A stretch of DNA of 60,182 nt, the filler included, from Sphacelaria rigidula (lineage: Eukaryota), in the NCBI GenBank assembly GCA_964200075.2. It is 9 parts of 9 records of this genome, joined end to end, with 100 filler letters (N's around TTAATTAATTAA, not from the genome) between each part and the next. Parts side by side here need not be neighbours in the genome. Positions count along the whole stretch, not along the records: positions 13,399 to 19,996 come from CAXNAA020019139.1; positions 20,097 to 26,694 come from CAXNAA020019140.1; 7 more parts are not named here. The stretch is one strand, 5' to 3'. The position numbers and the translations under genes are program-made. Under the pieces are notes generated by a model that did not search any database, had not been told where the DNA came from, and was given only the letters and a program-made list of their open reading frames with translations. Numbering within the stretch: position 1 is the stretch's first letter; each line of letters opens with the position of its first letter. Of the stretch, positions 13,299 to 25,588 are shown one piece after another.

Positions 13299-13499
13299 NN
13301 NNNNNNNNNNNNNNNNNNNNNNNNNNNNNNNNNNNNNNNNNNTTAATTAATTAANNNNNNNNNNNNNNNNNNNNNNNNNNNNNNNNNNNNNNNNNNNNGT
13401 ATAATTAATTCTTCATCCCGCCTACCCTCATGTGGGCGGGTGAATTTCTTGCCTAACTGCTCGGTTGTTTTTTTTGGGGGGGGGGGGGGGGGGGGGGGG

Positions 13500-15683
13500 C
13501 GTAGATCAAACATACCACTCATTGAACCAGTCGTATGGTGTGAAGCACCATTGTCCATTATCCACTCCTCTGTACCGTCACCCACATCAAACCCCGACCC
13601 ACTCTGGTTAAGCAAAGCAACCCCCAACTTAAAATCACTCAACTCGAAACGTGACTCGCCTTGTGACACAGTGTGTACCATGCATAGGTGAAGCGGCGCA
13701 GAGGATGTAGCTGAACCGGAGGAAAGCAGGTTGGAATCAGGTTGGGCATGATGAGGTGGTTGCTGTTGGTGTAGTTGATAGGGGTGTCGCAGTTCAAGTT
13801 CACCTAGCCGCGGTGGTGACTGGATCTGGTTGTTGGTGGCGGCTGCGGAGGATGGCGGGGGATTGCGGGGAAACTGGATACAGTGCGCGAGTCGCTACTA
13901 TCTTCCAACACCCACCCGTCTTCTTCCGTTCCGTTCCAGTGTTCTTCGATGTGACTGCTTTCTTCGTACCCCTCTGGGTCATCGTACAGTTGCACGGTGT
14001 TGACCGATCCGTAGGAATGGGTCCAGGGGGGGCTGGTGTCCTCCGTGATGAGGTTGGTTGTGGGCAGGACACACATGACGTACCCCCGAATTGACTTGCG
14101 GGCGCACTACTCTATGGGCAAAAAGTATGCATGTGGCCCAATTCATCGCATGTGACGTATCGTTTACGGGGGTCTGCGTGGTGGATTAGGGGTTCAATGC
14201 CTACAGGGCAGTATAAATCATCAGGATAACCTGAGTAGTCATGTCCCCCTTGCGGCGGATCATAACACGACAGCTGGCTGCCTGGGTGGGCATCCCCGCC
14301 ACCGCGCTACGAACCACCGTACGTGGGACTAAATCCACGCCCTGCGCCCCCTCCTCCACGTCTCGCTTGCTGCTGCTGGGGGTGCTGGGGGTGCTGCTGC
14401 TGTTGTGTTTGTTGGCTCTGTTGCTGCTGTTGTCATTGCTGGATGAGCTGCTGCGGTGATTGGGTGTGCACTCTACCGCGTCCGCTACGCCCACGACCTC
14501 CAAAGTTGTCTGCACTATGATATTGCTGCTGGCGAACACCATTCCACGCATCACGATCATCACGACTGTCTTACGTGCATGTTTCGTAGTGCGTTGCATT
14601 TTGACTCGTCATGCTGGGTCGTATTGTGGAAACGACCAAAAACATCACCTTATTGCCGACATCTCTCACCACCTTGCTGTCGTCCGTTTTGCAGTCCGCC
14701 GCGGCCTCTGCCACCCCCAGTGGCAGCGACGAGCGCGTGGCCCTTAACCCCATCCTGATTCCTGCCTACCCTGCTCCTGGCCAGTTCCATCTCTCCTTGC
14801 GCCGTCATCACCATGCGCTCAAGGTTCCCTGTGGTTACTTCATCCATGGCAAGTAGTACGCCGCGCGAGATTTCGAAATCACATGACAGGCGGCGTATGT
14901 AGTGCTGGTTGGCATCTGAATCTAATATTACGACTCCAAGCCTCGCACGGTTGTACCTGATAAATTTTGCTCTATCGAGAAACATACGGGGGTCCTCTCG
15001 CAAGTTCATATCCAGACTTTGCCATTCAAGGTCCAACTGCGCCGCTCAGTGGTTGAAGAAACGGTGTAGTAGTCTACAATATAACTCCATCCCTCGCTGG
15101 GGTTTCCAAGTCTTACTAGTCGCTGAACGAGCGGAGCATAGATTATTAGTTCGATTAGTACGCTCCATGCTTTCATGTCCTACTCCACCAACTCGTTTTC
15201 ATATCTCTCGATCAAATGCTGCTCTCTTTCTAAATGTACTCTAATGGGGGAAGTTGTGTAAAGAGCCCCTTCGCAGAGCTGTTGCTTAAAATACGCTGTC
15301 ATCTACAGCTTAAAAAACATGAATTTCTATCTTACTTCCTCACCACTCTTCGTCGTACCATCCCACGCTGCTATACTGTTACGTGAACCTACCCTTATTA
15401 TGCCAGACTGTACCATCTGAGCTTGATGCTGCGTGTGCAGACGTGCTTCATAAAATGCTGTCGTAGTCGTAGGTGGAATGCGCTGCTGGGGGACCGTCGC
15501 TCTTGTCGCTGACGCGCGCGCTCCCAGGCTTGGCTCCTCGTCCTGTGCTTGACTTTTCTGTCGCAGGTCTTGTAGCTGTTTCGTTTGCTCCTGCATAACT
15601 CCTTATAGGATCTGCCTTGCCGCGTCTTGGTCGGCTTCTGGCATTCTCGCGATGAGGTCGTCTACTTCATTTTCCCAGTCCAT
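13500..15683 (-). pseudogene. Ty1/Copia gag and N-terminal half of protease, disrupted
   Basis: Start MDWENEVDD at 15683; gag core (EDPRMFLDRAKFIR...YIRRLSCDFE); Cys/His knuckles HNTTQHDESKC and TCDELGHMHTFCP; protease WIMDNGASHHTTG; several stops and frameshifts. Confidence 0.85.
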
Positions 15684-15802
15684 TTTTGATGTCTGAAGAA
15701 ACCCTGAGGTTGCCCGCGCAAAGCGTAGCCCGATCGCTAGCGTAAAGGCTGAATTACTTGCTCGGCGCAAGGGTCTATGTTTGAGGAAGATCGTGGAACC
15801 TC

Positions 15803-16392
15803 TGTTGTTGTATTGATTCCCCCGGTTGAAAAATGTATATTATACTCTTCACGTAAAACGTAAAAACCCACTTGTTCACTACCAAAAGGGAGGGTGCAAT
15901 CATGGAAAAGATTGCTCATGCAAAAATAACACGCCAAAGCCTCATTCCTTGGCCACGCGATGAGGCGTGTGCCCCCCAGCAGATACTTGCTGCAACCACC
16001 ATATCAGGTATACCTTAAATAACAGCATTGTATCTCTTATTTGCCCTTCCCCCATATGTCATGATCGAATCACAGTATCCACTTCCCTTGCATCCAGGCA
16101 TGTTTACATGTATCTACCTACCGTTGAGTGTGAATATACTCGATTAGCCTTCCGACCCACGACTCAACTCTACTCAATTCTCAAGTCTCATATTCTCATA
16201 CTCGATTAGCCCTCCTACTCACGGCTCAATTCTACTTATGTCTTAAACCCTAATAGACGTATTTTCATCTGAATGTACGAGGGTGTTTCATCCTGAAAAC
16301 GACAATATTCGGTCCTATATAACTAAGCATAAAAGAAGTTGTCTCAGCCGTGTACAGACATACGGTAACGTCATCCACTTAGCAAACTGACA
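15803..16392 (-). repeat. Single Copia LTR (about 590 bp)
   Basis: Minus strand starts TGTCAG directly after the polypurine tract and ends ...ACAACA; lies between the RNase H end and the gag start. The 15803 edge is less certain. Confidence 0.65.
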
Positions 16393-16402
16393 CCCCCTCC
16401 TT
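16393..16402 (-). promoter_or_regulatory. Polypurine tract of Copia element
   Basis: AAGGAGGGGG immediately before the TG of the LTR. Confidence 0.75.
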
Positions 16403-16921
16403 GAGTCCTTTTCCTCGATACTTCATGACATATTTATGCTTTTTATCTATCCCGTCACGCCTTACAGTCAGAAAATTCATTTGGATTCAAAATTAAAATT
16501 GTCACAAACCAAGATGTCAAAAATCCCAGAGGTATATTCGACAATATAAGAAAATACATCAATCAAACGAAAGGTCGAAAACCAGTCCAGTTTCCCGATA
16601 TTCACTACGGCAATTTTAGTGACACTCGAAATCCAACACTACAAAGCAATAAAGAATTATTTTGTCTACAACAAAAAATCAAATTCGGCCGTACCCGTCG
16701 AAGATCGAAACCCAACAATAAAAACCATTGAAAAATACTTTGTCTACAACAAAAAAAACAAATCTTGCTGTACCTGTCGAAGATAAAAAAAACAACTCAC
16801 TGAAAAATTGAAAATCTTGCAACCATGGCCTCGTCCCCCAACTTTCCCGGGGTGGATAAATGGCCTCGGAAACAAATCAAATCAATTCAAACCAAACCAA
16901 TGTACCAGTGTGCTGCAGACT

Positions 16922-19912
16922 TTATATGATATTCATGACAATAGTACGATTAAACTCAAAAGACTTTGTCGGCAACACTTTAGTGAGGAAATCTGCATGT
17001 TTACCCTCCGATCTCACGTGAATGACCGAAACTTCATTCCTCCCGACCAACTCTCCGGTAAAATGATGCGGTACGTCGATGTGCTTGGAGTTGGAGTTCG
17101 TGATTGGGTTCTTTGCCAATTGAATAGCTCCTTGATTATCCTCAAACACCGGGATGCATGGCATTCCCATCTGCGGCAACATGAAATGCCAAACCTGTCT
17201 CAAAAACAATACCTCCTCCAGAATATCTGTCATGGCAACGTACTCTGCTTCCGTTGTGGACAGCGTCACACACTTCTTCTGAGTCCTTGAAAACCAAGAC
17301 ACACATCCACTTCCACACATCACTAGCCCACCTGAAACCGACAGTCTACCAGCTGCCTTACTTGCGTAGTCGGCATCTGCAAAGACATGGAAGCTCAACC
17401 CCTGTATACTTCCTCTGGGGAAAGAAATCCCCAGCGAACTTGTTCGTCTAAGAGACCCCAAAATACCAAGCGCAGCACAGCAATGAAGGTGTTTTGGTGG
17501 GGTACAGTACCTCGCTACTGTGCGTACTGCGTTGAATATGTCTGGCCTCGTTTGCGTTGCCAGCCACATCAGGGACCCTATCAACTCCAGAAACGTTAAT
17601 TCCGTTGCCTGCTCTTCTACACTGAGCTCTCCAAGCTTCGCACCAACAGCGATGGGGATACTCTTTCCCCACTCTACTCCGTATCCTTCGCCAACTCCTC
17701 TGCGTATGTTTGTTGGGAAATTTTCAGAGTCCCCCTTGCAATATCTCTCTCATAGTACAGTCCAGAATACCAACGCAAATCCCCGAGGTTCTTGCCTGGA
17801 ACCATCGTGTTGAGATATCTACCAAACTCACATCTATCTTTCTCTCCCAGTGCGAATATATTTTCTACATGTACTACCAGTTGATAATCACCCTGCCATC
17901 CTCAATCAACCAAAACACACATGAATCCGCCAAGCACTGATCAAACCCCAAAGCAAACAAACACTCCGCCAAGTGATTATGTCATTGCCTACTTGCCTGT
18001 TTCAATCCGTACAAACTGTTGCTGAGTCTTACTATTTTTCCAGATAAGCTTCCACATCCAAGTGACAACCGCATGAAAACGTCCTCGTCCAACTCAGACT
18101 GTACAAGAGCCTGTTCAATATCAAAATGACGCAACGCAAGATTTTGCTCACAAGCTAAAGTCGCCAACAAACGTCCGCTAGAAACTGCTACGGTGGGGGC
18201 ATACAGTTCTCCAAAATCTATGTTCTCTCCCTGCATATCTCCTCTTACTACTAGTCTCGATTTTATCTTCGTGGGTCATCCGAACTCGTCCGCCTTCCAG
18301 TTATATACCCACTTTGTATGGATATAGTTGTCAATGAGTTGCTTTTCCGCTGATTCAATCGTCCCCGCCTCAAGAATTCCTCGCCATTCCCGCCCCATCG
18401 AGTCCCTCCATGAATCACCGTCCTCCGAGCGTACCGCCTGCGTGTATCCGTTGGGGACCATGAGATCCTTTGCTGGACATTGTGGGAGTTCCGGCGGGAT
18501 GTGCGGCGCGCGCTGCTCGCGCAAAGCGGATCTATATCTTCACGCGTCGCCAGACGCTTCATGTTCTCCCCCAGGTGAGGTATATCGTCGAAGCGGCACT
18601 CCGGGAACAGACGTTGCGCTTCGAGACGGACTGCGCGGCCCCCCTTCATGGCCCTCCAAATTTCATTTTCCACCACAGCGTTGTGCTTCGGAGTGTCGGG
18701 GCCAGTGTGCTCACGACGAATCGTTGCATCGCCGCAGAAGGCGCCGAAATCGTTGGAGGTGAACTCGCCCCCGTTGTCCATGCGAAAACAACCGGGGGTA
18801 CCGATGGCGCTGACGTCGGCGATGAAACGCTTCACCTTTGCCAGCGTGTCAGACTTACGTGCGAGGCCATTAAACATCATGAAGCGCGACTTGCTGTCGA
18901 CGCAGCCCAGAATATGAGGTGATGCACACCCAGTGTACGAGGGTGTGGGCCTATGACGTCGAGATGCACGGTGCCAAGTACAGTCTGTGCCCTCATCCCC
19001 AGTCCTCGCGGAATACCTGCCCTTTGTCCCTCCGATTCCAAACATTCCACACATGTCGCAGTACCCCCGTCAACGTTATGCCCTGTTGTTTCGCAGTTTC
19101 TTGCAATTAAGCCTCATGGATGTGAGGAAGAGAAACGTGAAAAAAATAATGTCGACTTCTTGTTTCGGTTTTCCGACTGAAAATGGGCGAGAGCTGGGGG
19201 CAAGAACAGCAAGGGCCGTCCCGTTTTCAGCCACAACTCCCATTCCTTCACTCAGAAAACGCGAAAAAAAATCTTGGGGGGGGGGGGTTACGTCAATCTC
19301 ATCCATCAAAGCTTCATCTTTGAACACGCTCAAGTCTGGGCAGTTGAGCCCTTGGACTGCACGGAGGAAACCAACACCGTTGGTGGGGGCACGTACAACG
19401 CTAGCAGGTGAATCGGACTGTAAGCCAACACTTGAATTCACCACGTTCGCCGGTGGGACGGACTGGAATCGAACGTTTGGGGAAGGGGAAGGAACAACGC
19501 TTGCAGGTGAAGCGGACTGTAAGCCAACACTTGAATTCACCACGTTTGCCGGTGGAACGGACTGGAATTGAACGCTTGGGGGAGGGGAAGGAACTTCTAC
19601 GGCTGGCACTGTAAGTGGGGCAAGTGGGGGGGTTTGGTATGTTGACAGAGATCGAATGGCCTTTTGTGATGAAGATCGCTCATTGCGGTCGAAGCGAAGC
19701 TGGCCGTCAAATATGCGTACCCCTGTTTCAGTCAAAAGTACATCCTGATTTTTCTGCACTTGGTGCAGAGAAAAAAGGTCGAAATGTATACCTTCAAGAA
19801 CCGACAGATTTCGGGGCGGTGGAATTCACTATGTGAAATTTGAGCTTCAAACTCCCTACTACTCGGACAGGGAGAATTGTTCCATTCCCATGATCACGTG
19901 TTCATTTCCTTT
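16922..19912 (-). pseudogene. Ty1/Copia pol: C-terminal protease, integrase, RT, RNase H; disrupted
   Basis: GTILPVRVVGSLKL (protease); FRMDNGGEFTS...PDTPKHNAVVE (integrase); YAPTV...SLYGLKQASRQ (RT); FADADYA...LSTTEAEY...EDNQGAI...SKHIDV (RNase H); IN-RT-RH order is Copia. Confidence 0.95.
19395..19594. repeat. 99-bp in-frame tandem duplication in Copia PR-IN linker
   Basis: Two copies of a 33-aa unit (VPSPPPSVQFQSVPPANVVNSSVGLQSASPASV and variant). Confidence 0.92.
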
Positions 19913-20096
19913 GGGGGGGGGGGGGGGGGGAGGAACAAACACACACCTAATTACACCCGCGTGTGGTGGTGGGGCCCACTGTGCTCTTCTCCCCCCNNNN
20001 NNNNNNNNNNNNNNNNNNNNNNNNNNNNNNNNNNNNNNNNTTAATTAATTAANNNNNNNNNNNNNNNNNNNNNNNNNNNNNNNNNNNNNNNNNNNN

Positions 20097-20172
20097 GTGT
20101 GGGGAAAGCACTGTTTTGGGCTTGAGCCTCATCTCGAAGTTAAACCTCAATTCGCACAATTTGTTGTTCTAT
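20097..20172. mobile_element. Arm of fold-back element FB1 at contig edge; also 26625-26694 and 60110-60182
   Basis: GTGTGGGGAAAGCACTGTTTTGGGCTTGAGCCTCAT matches the arms of the complete element at 44994-45387. Confidence 0.8.
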
Positions 20173-22059
20173 CTCGATGTTGGATATTATTCTTCGCAAC
20201 ACCACGTCCATAACATTTCCCTTTGCAACCTATCCCTCTCTTGTGTCGCAGTGCAGTATGAATTGCGATATGTAGATATACGCGTGGTATGAATACGGCT
20301 GTCTGCCCAAACGCGGGCGAAGTGCGTGATTATCTACAACTCATACATTGTGCACGTCTATAATATCAGAACATTTCCGTGTCGGCTGGTAACGCCGTAC
20401 ATTCAACTTACTGCATGTGCATTTCAGTCATTCAGTAGCAGTACAGAACTGTTCGTCGTACACCGCCCTCAGCATGGTGGCCGTATCAATGCGATAGTAC
20501 CAGATCGGTAACAACCGGTCTTGGCAAAAACCAGCGGGAATCAATGTTCATTATCCAGTGATCGCCGCTACTCAAAACTCATTTTCTAGCCGGCATAACT
20601 GCTCCTCGATCGTCACAAGAACAAATATCACACCAAAACTCCTCGGTTTTGGGCTGCTCACGTTAAGGCGAGCCCGGAGATATCTAAAAGATCGTTCAAT
20701 TCCGTACACTGGTGGAGAAGTAGGAAGAAAAAGGTTTTTCCCAAACTGATTTGGCATTTTCCTCATTCCCGACCGCGGGTAGCGGTGGTGCATGGATTTC
20801 CCGATATGGGGCTCCTCGCCTCAAGTTTGAGAACGCTGGCACTCAATAATAAAGGGGCACAGCCCCCATTAAAGATCCGAACTTCGGTGTTCAGACTGGA
20901 ACCGAGTCGGGGAGTCTTATTGTTATGGTGTTGTAAAGCATGTACCTCTGTGTGCACGCAGGTCAACTTGGGTCAAGTCTAACGGGACCTAGCAAGGTCA
21001 GTCCTTGCAGGTTACAGTTGTGATTGTGTCCAAGATAGTTCACACCATAATAGTTTCACGCAAAAAGCTATACCCACTTGATACAAAAGACTCTTGTTCG
21101 CTCGTATACGTTATCGCTCCGTTCGATACTCTCTCACGTTGCTCACCAGTCATAGCAATGCTTAGCAGTCGGCTCCACGTCCGCAAGTAACCGGGAGGTG
21201 CTGCTCACCCGTTAACTGTTCCCTTTTATCGAATCCATATCCGACCTGGTCAAGCTTGATCAGATCCGCAACTATAAAATCCCAGATTTGATCGTAAACG
21301 CCTCCTAGCTTCATGACATTATACCCCGTTTATCAGGAGGGTGTTGTTAACCGTTATTGGTCCAATAAAAGCAGTTTCCGGCTCTTCCGCAACGCAACGG
21401 TGAATATTCGGATAAATGTGTACGTATAAAATTCTTCACAATAACGATCGAGATCATGTTTGCCTCCTATACTGCACAGACATCATCCTGGCATTTTCTG
21501 CGGATGGCCCCTGTTGTGGTCTGACCACGAGGTGATGCGGGAGTCACTCTTCAGGAACACACCAGGCCAGGGGTTGCAGTAAGCAAACGGCTGGTCGTCA
21601 TAATTAACTGCAGTCGAGTGGAACGACTCCAGCTCGTGGCACATAGACCCCCTTCAGTCCGACCCAGCATTGGATCATAAGGCAAAACATAGACTCACTT
21701 TCACGTGCAGAGAAGTGCTCTTGACTTGCTTGCAAGCGAGATGTCTCCAAGTGGTGGCTGATAGCTTTGTTATTAGGCTTGCTAGGTAGCTAAACGACTG
21801 TTGCTAAGTAGCGGGAAGTGAGAAGTCGTGACAGACCGGGTTAGCAACACATCGAAACTGGAACAGAACACTACTATGCGAATGGAATACGGCCTATTGC
21901 ACATGCCACGCGTGCTTCGAAACGCCTACTACATGTACAGCCTAAATTCGCCGGCACAGCTTTTCTCGGGTTTTTTCGCATAACATTTTCCATGAGCACT
22001 CCAAAGTGCTAGCGTCGATAGTTTTGGCAAAATAAGCAGACCGTGATCAAATCACAGTG

Positions 22060-22335
22060 CCCAAGTTGGTGTTGTGGGGGTGATGTGGAGTAAAGACCCC
22101 GTTTATCAGGGGGTGTTATTGACCGTAAATGTTCCGAGAAATATGGTTCTCCGGCTTCAGCGCAGTCAACAGGTGGAGTTACTAAATAATAATCCTGTTT
22201 GAATTTTTCATTATATGATCGGGATCGAGTCGGTCCACCGAAAAAACAAAAAGCTGGAAATTGGGGTCGCACTTTCGCAGGACCCCCGACGATCGATCAA
22301 ACCCGTAAGTCACTCAATATTGATCGCAGAATTGT
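22060..22335 (+). repeat. Dispersed repeat; other copies at about 21320-21460 and 48900-49180
   Basis: Shared ACCCCGTTT(A/G)...GGGGGTGTTATT...ACCGT block in all three; CAGGACCCCCGA...GTCACTCAATAT block shared with the 48900 copy. Confidence 0.75.
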
Positions 22336-23232
22336 TTCTTTCAGCACTTATCAAGAGGATTGAGATATCTCAAGATTCCCATTTTTTGGCATCCAACAGT
22401 CACTGTGATGAGCAGTGGCGAGCGAAACAAATTTGGGAATCTTTGAGGAACTAAGAAATCACGAATGCCGCATACTTCTGACGCTGACTACTGTAGCTTT
22501 ATTCGCTTCTCTCCTGAATTTGGAATAATGTAATCAACGTTTCCTCCGCAGGCACGCATGCCAAGCTGCGTGAAAGGTCACAAAACATGAAGTTCCACTT
22601 TCACGAATTGAAGTGGGTTTTTGCTGCGGGTAAAAATTCAACTCAGCGTTTTTTTGCGACTCCGTTTTTGCGTCAGGATTCTTGCGGGCTGATTCTTGCG
22701 ATCGGGTTCTTGCGAAAGTGTTTTTGCTAGATTTTTCCAATCTGAAACCCCTATCGATTTCGGTTTAGGGGGGATAACTTCGTCAAACGGACACGAAACG
22801 CATCCTGCTCCAAAGGGGGCCTGGACAAACAGCCGTTGCCGCTGCCCACCTAATATCATCCTCCAAATCGAAGTCTTGAGTAAGAACCCCCAGCGTTTGG
22901 TGCCCATGTACAAGGATGATGATCTACATCGGGTATCATGCTCCACAATGTACCTGATAGTAGTAATGCTAGCGGATCCTACGTCCTGACAGTCTGTGAC
23001 AGTCTGGCAGCCGGCAAGGTGGTTATGGTAGTGTCCTTCTAGCGATGTCAGCTTACAGTGCACTGGAGCAGAGCTTGCAGGTGAATATTTCGACGATTGC
23101 CTCACCTGCAGTTCGCCCAGATGTTGCCCCTGCATTACATATGGAAAATGTACCCAACCGTAGGCAAAAAAATTCTACAGACAGTACGAACACGATGTTG
23201 AATGTGTACTGCGCAACGGCGAGTGTGCTGTT

Positions 23233-23299
23233 TGTGTTGTCGTCCCATATATTCTGGACGTCGATCTCCACCTTTCGGTATATGTGGGCGCACCAGCCG
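23233..23299 (-). mobile_element. 3' fragment of the SINE at 45555-45904
   Basis: Reverse complement of CGGCTGGTGCACCCACATATACC...CGTCCAGAAT...TGGGACAACACA. Confidence 0.75.
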
Positions 23300-24979
23300 C
23301 GGCTGTGTTACCATACAGCTTCGCCCATGATACAGGCAGCCATTACAGCGGCGGAGGCGGCCTTGCACTTCTGCGTGCGCCACCTGGGGCAAACGCACGC
23401 TGTAGCTGCAACACGGACAGCTTTACAAAATGTGACGTAGCAACATAGCGCGTGGCGAGGAGGTTTATATCTTGCGTACACCTTGGCTGCGATACAACGG
23501 CGGCACTCAAGACGTGGCGAACTGCATAGATAGGACAACGCAAGATCAATGCAGGACAGGGATAGACTAAGGATGCGACGTTCCGCGGTGTACTTTGTCA
23601 CCCTGAACCCTGCCGCTGTGCAGTGAGCAGGTAGTACCGCCGCAGGCATCACGCCGCGGTTGGTACACAGTATCGGCTCCACACCCAAAGGATGAGCTCT
23701 GCATTGAAATTCAATAAAACGCACTGAATTAATTTACACGGGCGGAGTGCGTTATTGTCGAGCAGCACGCGCGCTAGCGTTTCCGTGTTGTTGACACCGT
23801 GCCAGCGCTTTTGTGCACTACAGCGTTGTAGTCCCCTGTGGCAGCCCATCACGGTATTGCTCCTCATCTTTCATGACGCTTTATTCGCAAGCACGCAGAA
23901 GAAATGCCAGCGAGTCCATCGTTGTTGCACTTGAAGGTGTGGTGTACCAGTGTTTCGATCTAGTACTGCCGCATGCTCCGTGCTGTACGAACGAGTATAC
24001 CGTACCAGTTCAAAAACAGGTGTGCGCGAAATGAACGCCACCGACATGATCTGGGTATCGTGAACTGTACTGTGTACGAGGCGCGGGGCAGTGTTACGCC
24101 CAGTTTAGTGTCACGTTTTTCATCACCACCCCCGAAACGCGACTTGGTGAAGTGAAATAAGTTGACAGGGCAGAAAAATGACAACTATGCTGATGCACAG
24201 CTGTAGTACTTATCCTACACTACCCCTCCGCCGAAGTCTGGTTCAATTCCATCCCGTACAGCACACGAGCGATCGACGGATAACCGGGAAAAAAACCACG
24301 GAAATCTGTACAAGCCTAGAAGCCATTTTCCAGTATGGCCGCCCTACACGCGATTGCAGATAACTCGCGCTGCACGACTGGCAGCTAGCTGAAACTCAAG
24401 ACGCAAATAGTAATTACTAATAACCATCGTTGAACGTCAAACCTGCGCTAATTTGTTCTCGGGATGGTGGAGAAATCGAAAAATATGAACCTTACTTTAC
24501 ATTAACATTTTCATGTACGGCAAGGGTACACGCAGCCGTGACGTCGAGGGCTGATAGAGATGCGGTTTGGCTACACAGAGCAATTTGATTTGTCTTTGCA
24601 GCTACTGTGTGTATTGAGATATTGCCATCTCGGTGGGGGGTGTTGGGACACGTGAGATGCGGTGGAAAAACGTATCAGATACTCCGGAATGCGAAGAAAG
24701 TCGGTATCCAAAATAAGCCGGCAGCAATTGCGCCGCGTTTAGGTGTGTTTGTAGTCGTAAATATATTCTCCCACCCTTTTTCATAGAAACAGCAGCGTTG
24801 CCCGTCAGCAGAGAAGACGGTTGAAGCATACGCATGCCGTTATAGCTTCGGTGGCGCGCGAGGTCGCTGCCCAAAACATAGCGTGCAACGCAGGAGCAAA
24901 CTGTCGTCAGCGATGTCGTGACCCCTCCGCGTCGAAGGTCAGTTCTAATCGCGAATAAACAACGCAAAAGAATACTGTA

Positions 24980-25588
24980 CGAGCTGGGCCAGCTGACAGT
25001 GATTTGCGAATGTATCTGGGCCGAGTGGTGGGTAATCCGAAGCGTTGGGCGCTGAAATATTGACCCAATATTTCTATCATCACAACGCAAAACCTTCCCG
25101 GGGATGCCAAGAAAAAAACTCTCTCTGTCTATATATATGCACTTGGAGCGATTTGAAGTTTCCCCAAAAACTATAAAAACGCTATAGTTCCGTGAAAATA
25201 AATGAATACGTGGGCATCGCTACTACTGCAGTTGTGCGTCCTTCAGTGGAGGAGATCCTGGTGCAATTGCGGCCAAAACTTCCAGAAATTTGGCGCAGCA
25301 TCCAACTTTTCGTGTGGCACGACTGCGCTCCTTTAATCCAAGTGCTGCAGTTGACTCCAATTATGGAGGTGACGAGTTCGAACCTCGACGGAAATCCTTT
25401 TTTTGTTCCGTCGCTTAGGTGATACATGATGCAGTATACTTTTTCATTTTTTTTCATTCAGCGGCGGTCCCGTGCGTCACCAAGTTGATCTGCAGGCCAT
25501 ACCAGTATGCTCAAGTCGGTCTGATTTGGAAAACTAGATAGCTTATGGAGTGACAGGCAAATGCGGGATTTACTGCTCGCCCAGCTCG
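24980..25588. mobile_element. TA-flanked TIR element (Tc1/mariner-type MITE) with internal tRNA-like module
   Basis: TA|CGAGCTGGGC ... GCCCAGCTCG|TA; interior 25325-25500 matches 29080-29250; same terminus at 28376, 28755 and 54187. Confidence 0.75.

Noticed and set aside
14201..14599. Independent low-complexity genes in overlapping ORFs
   Set aside because: Alternative frames of the Q/P-rich Copia gag region.
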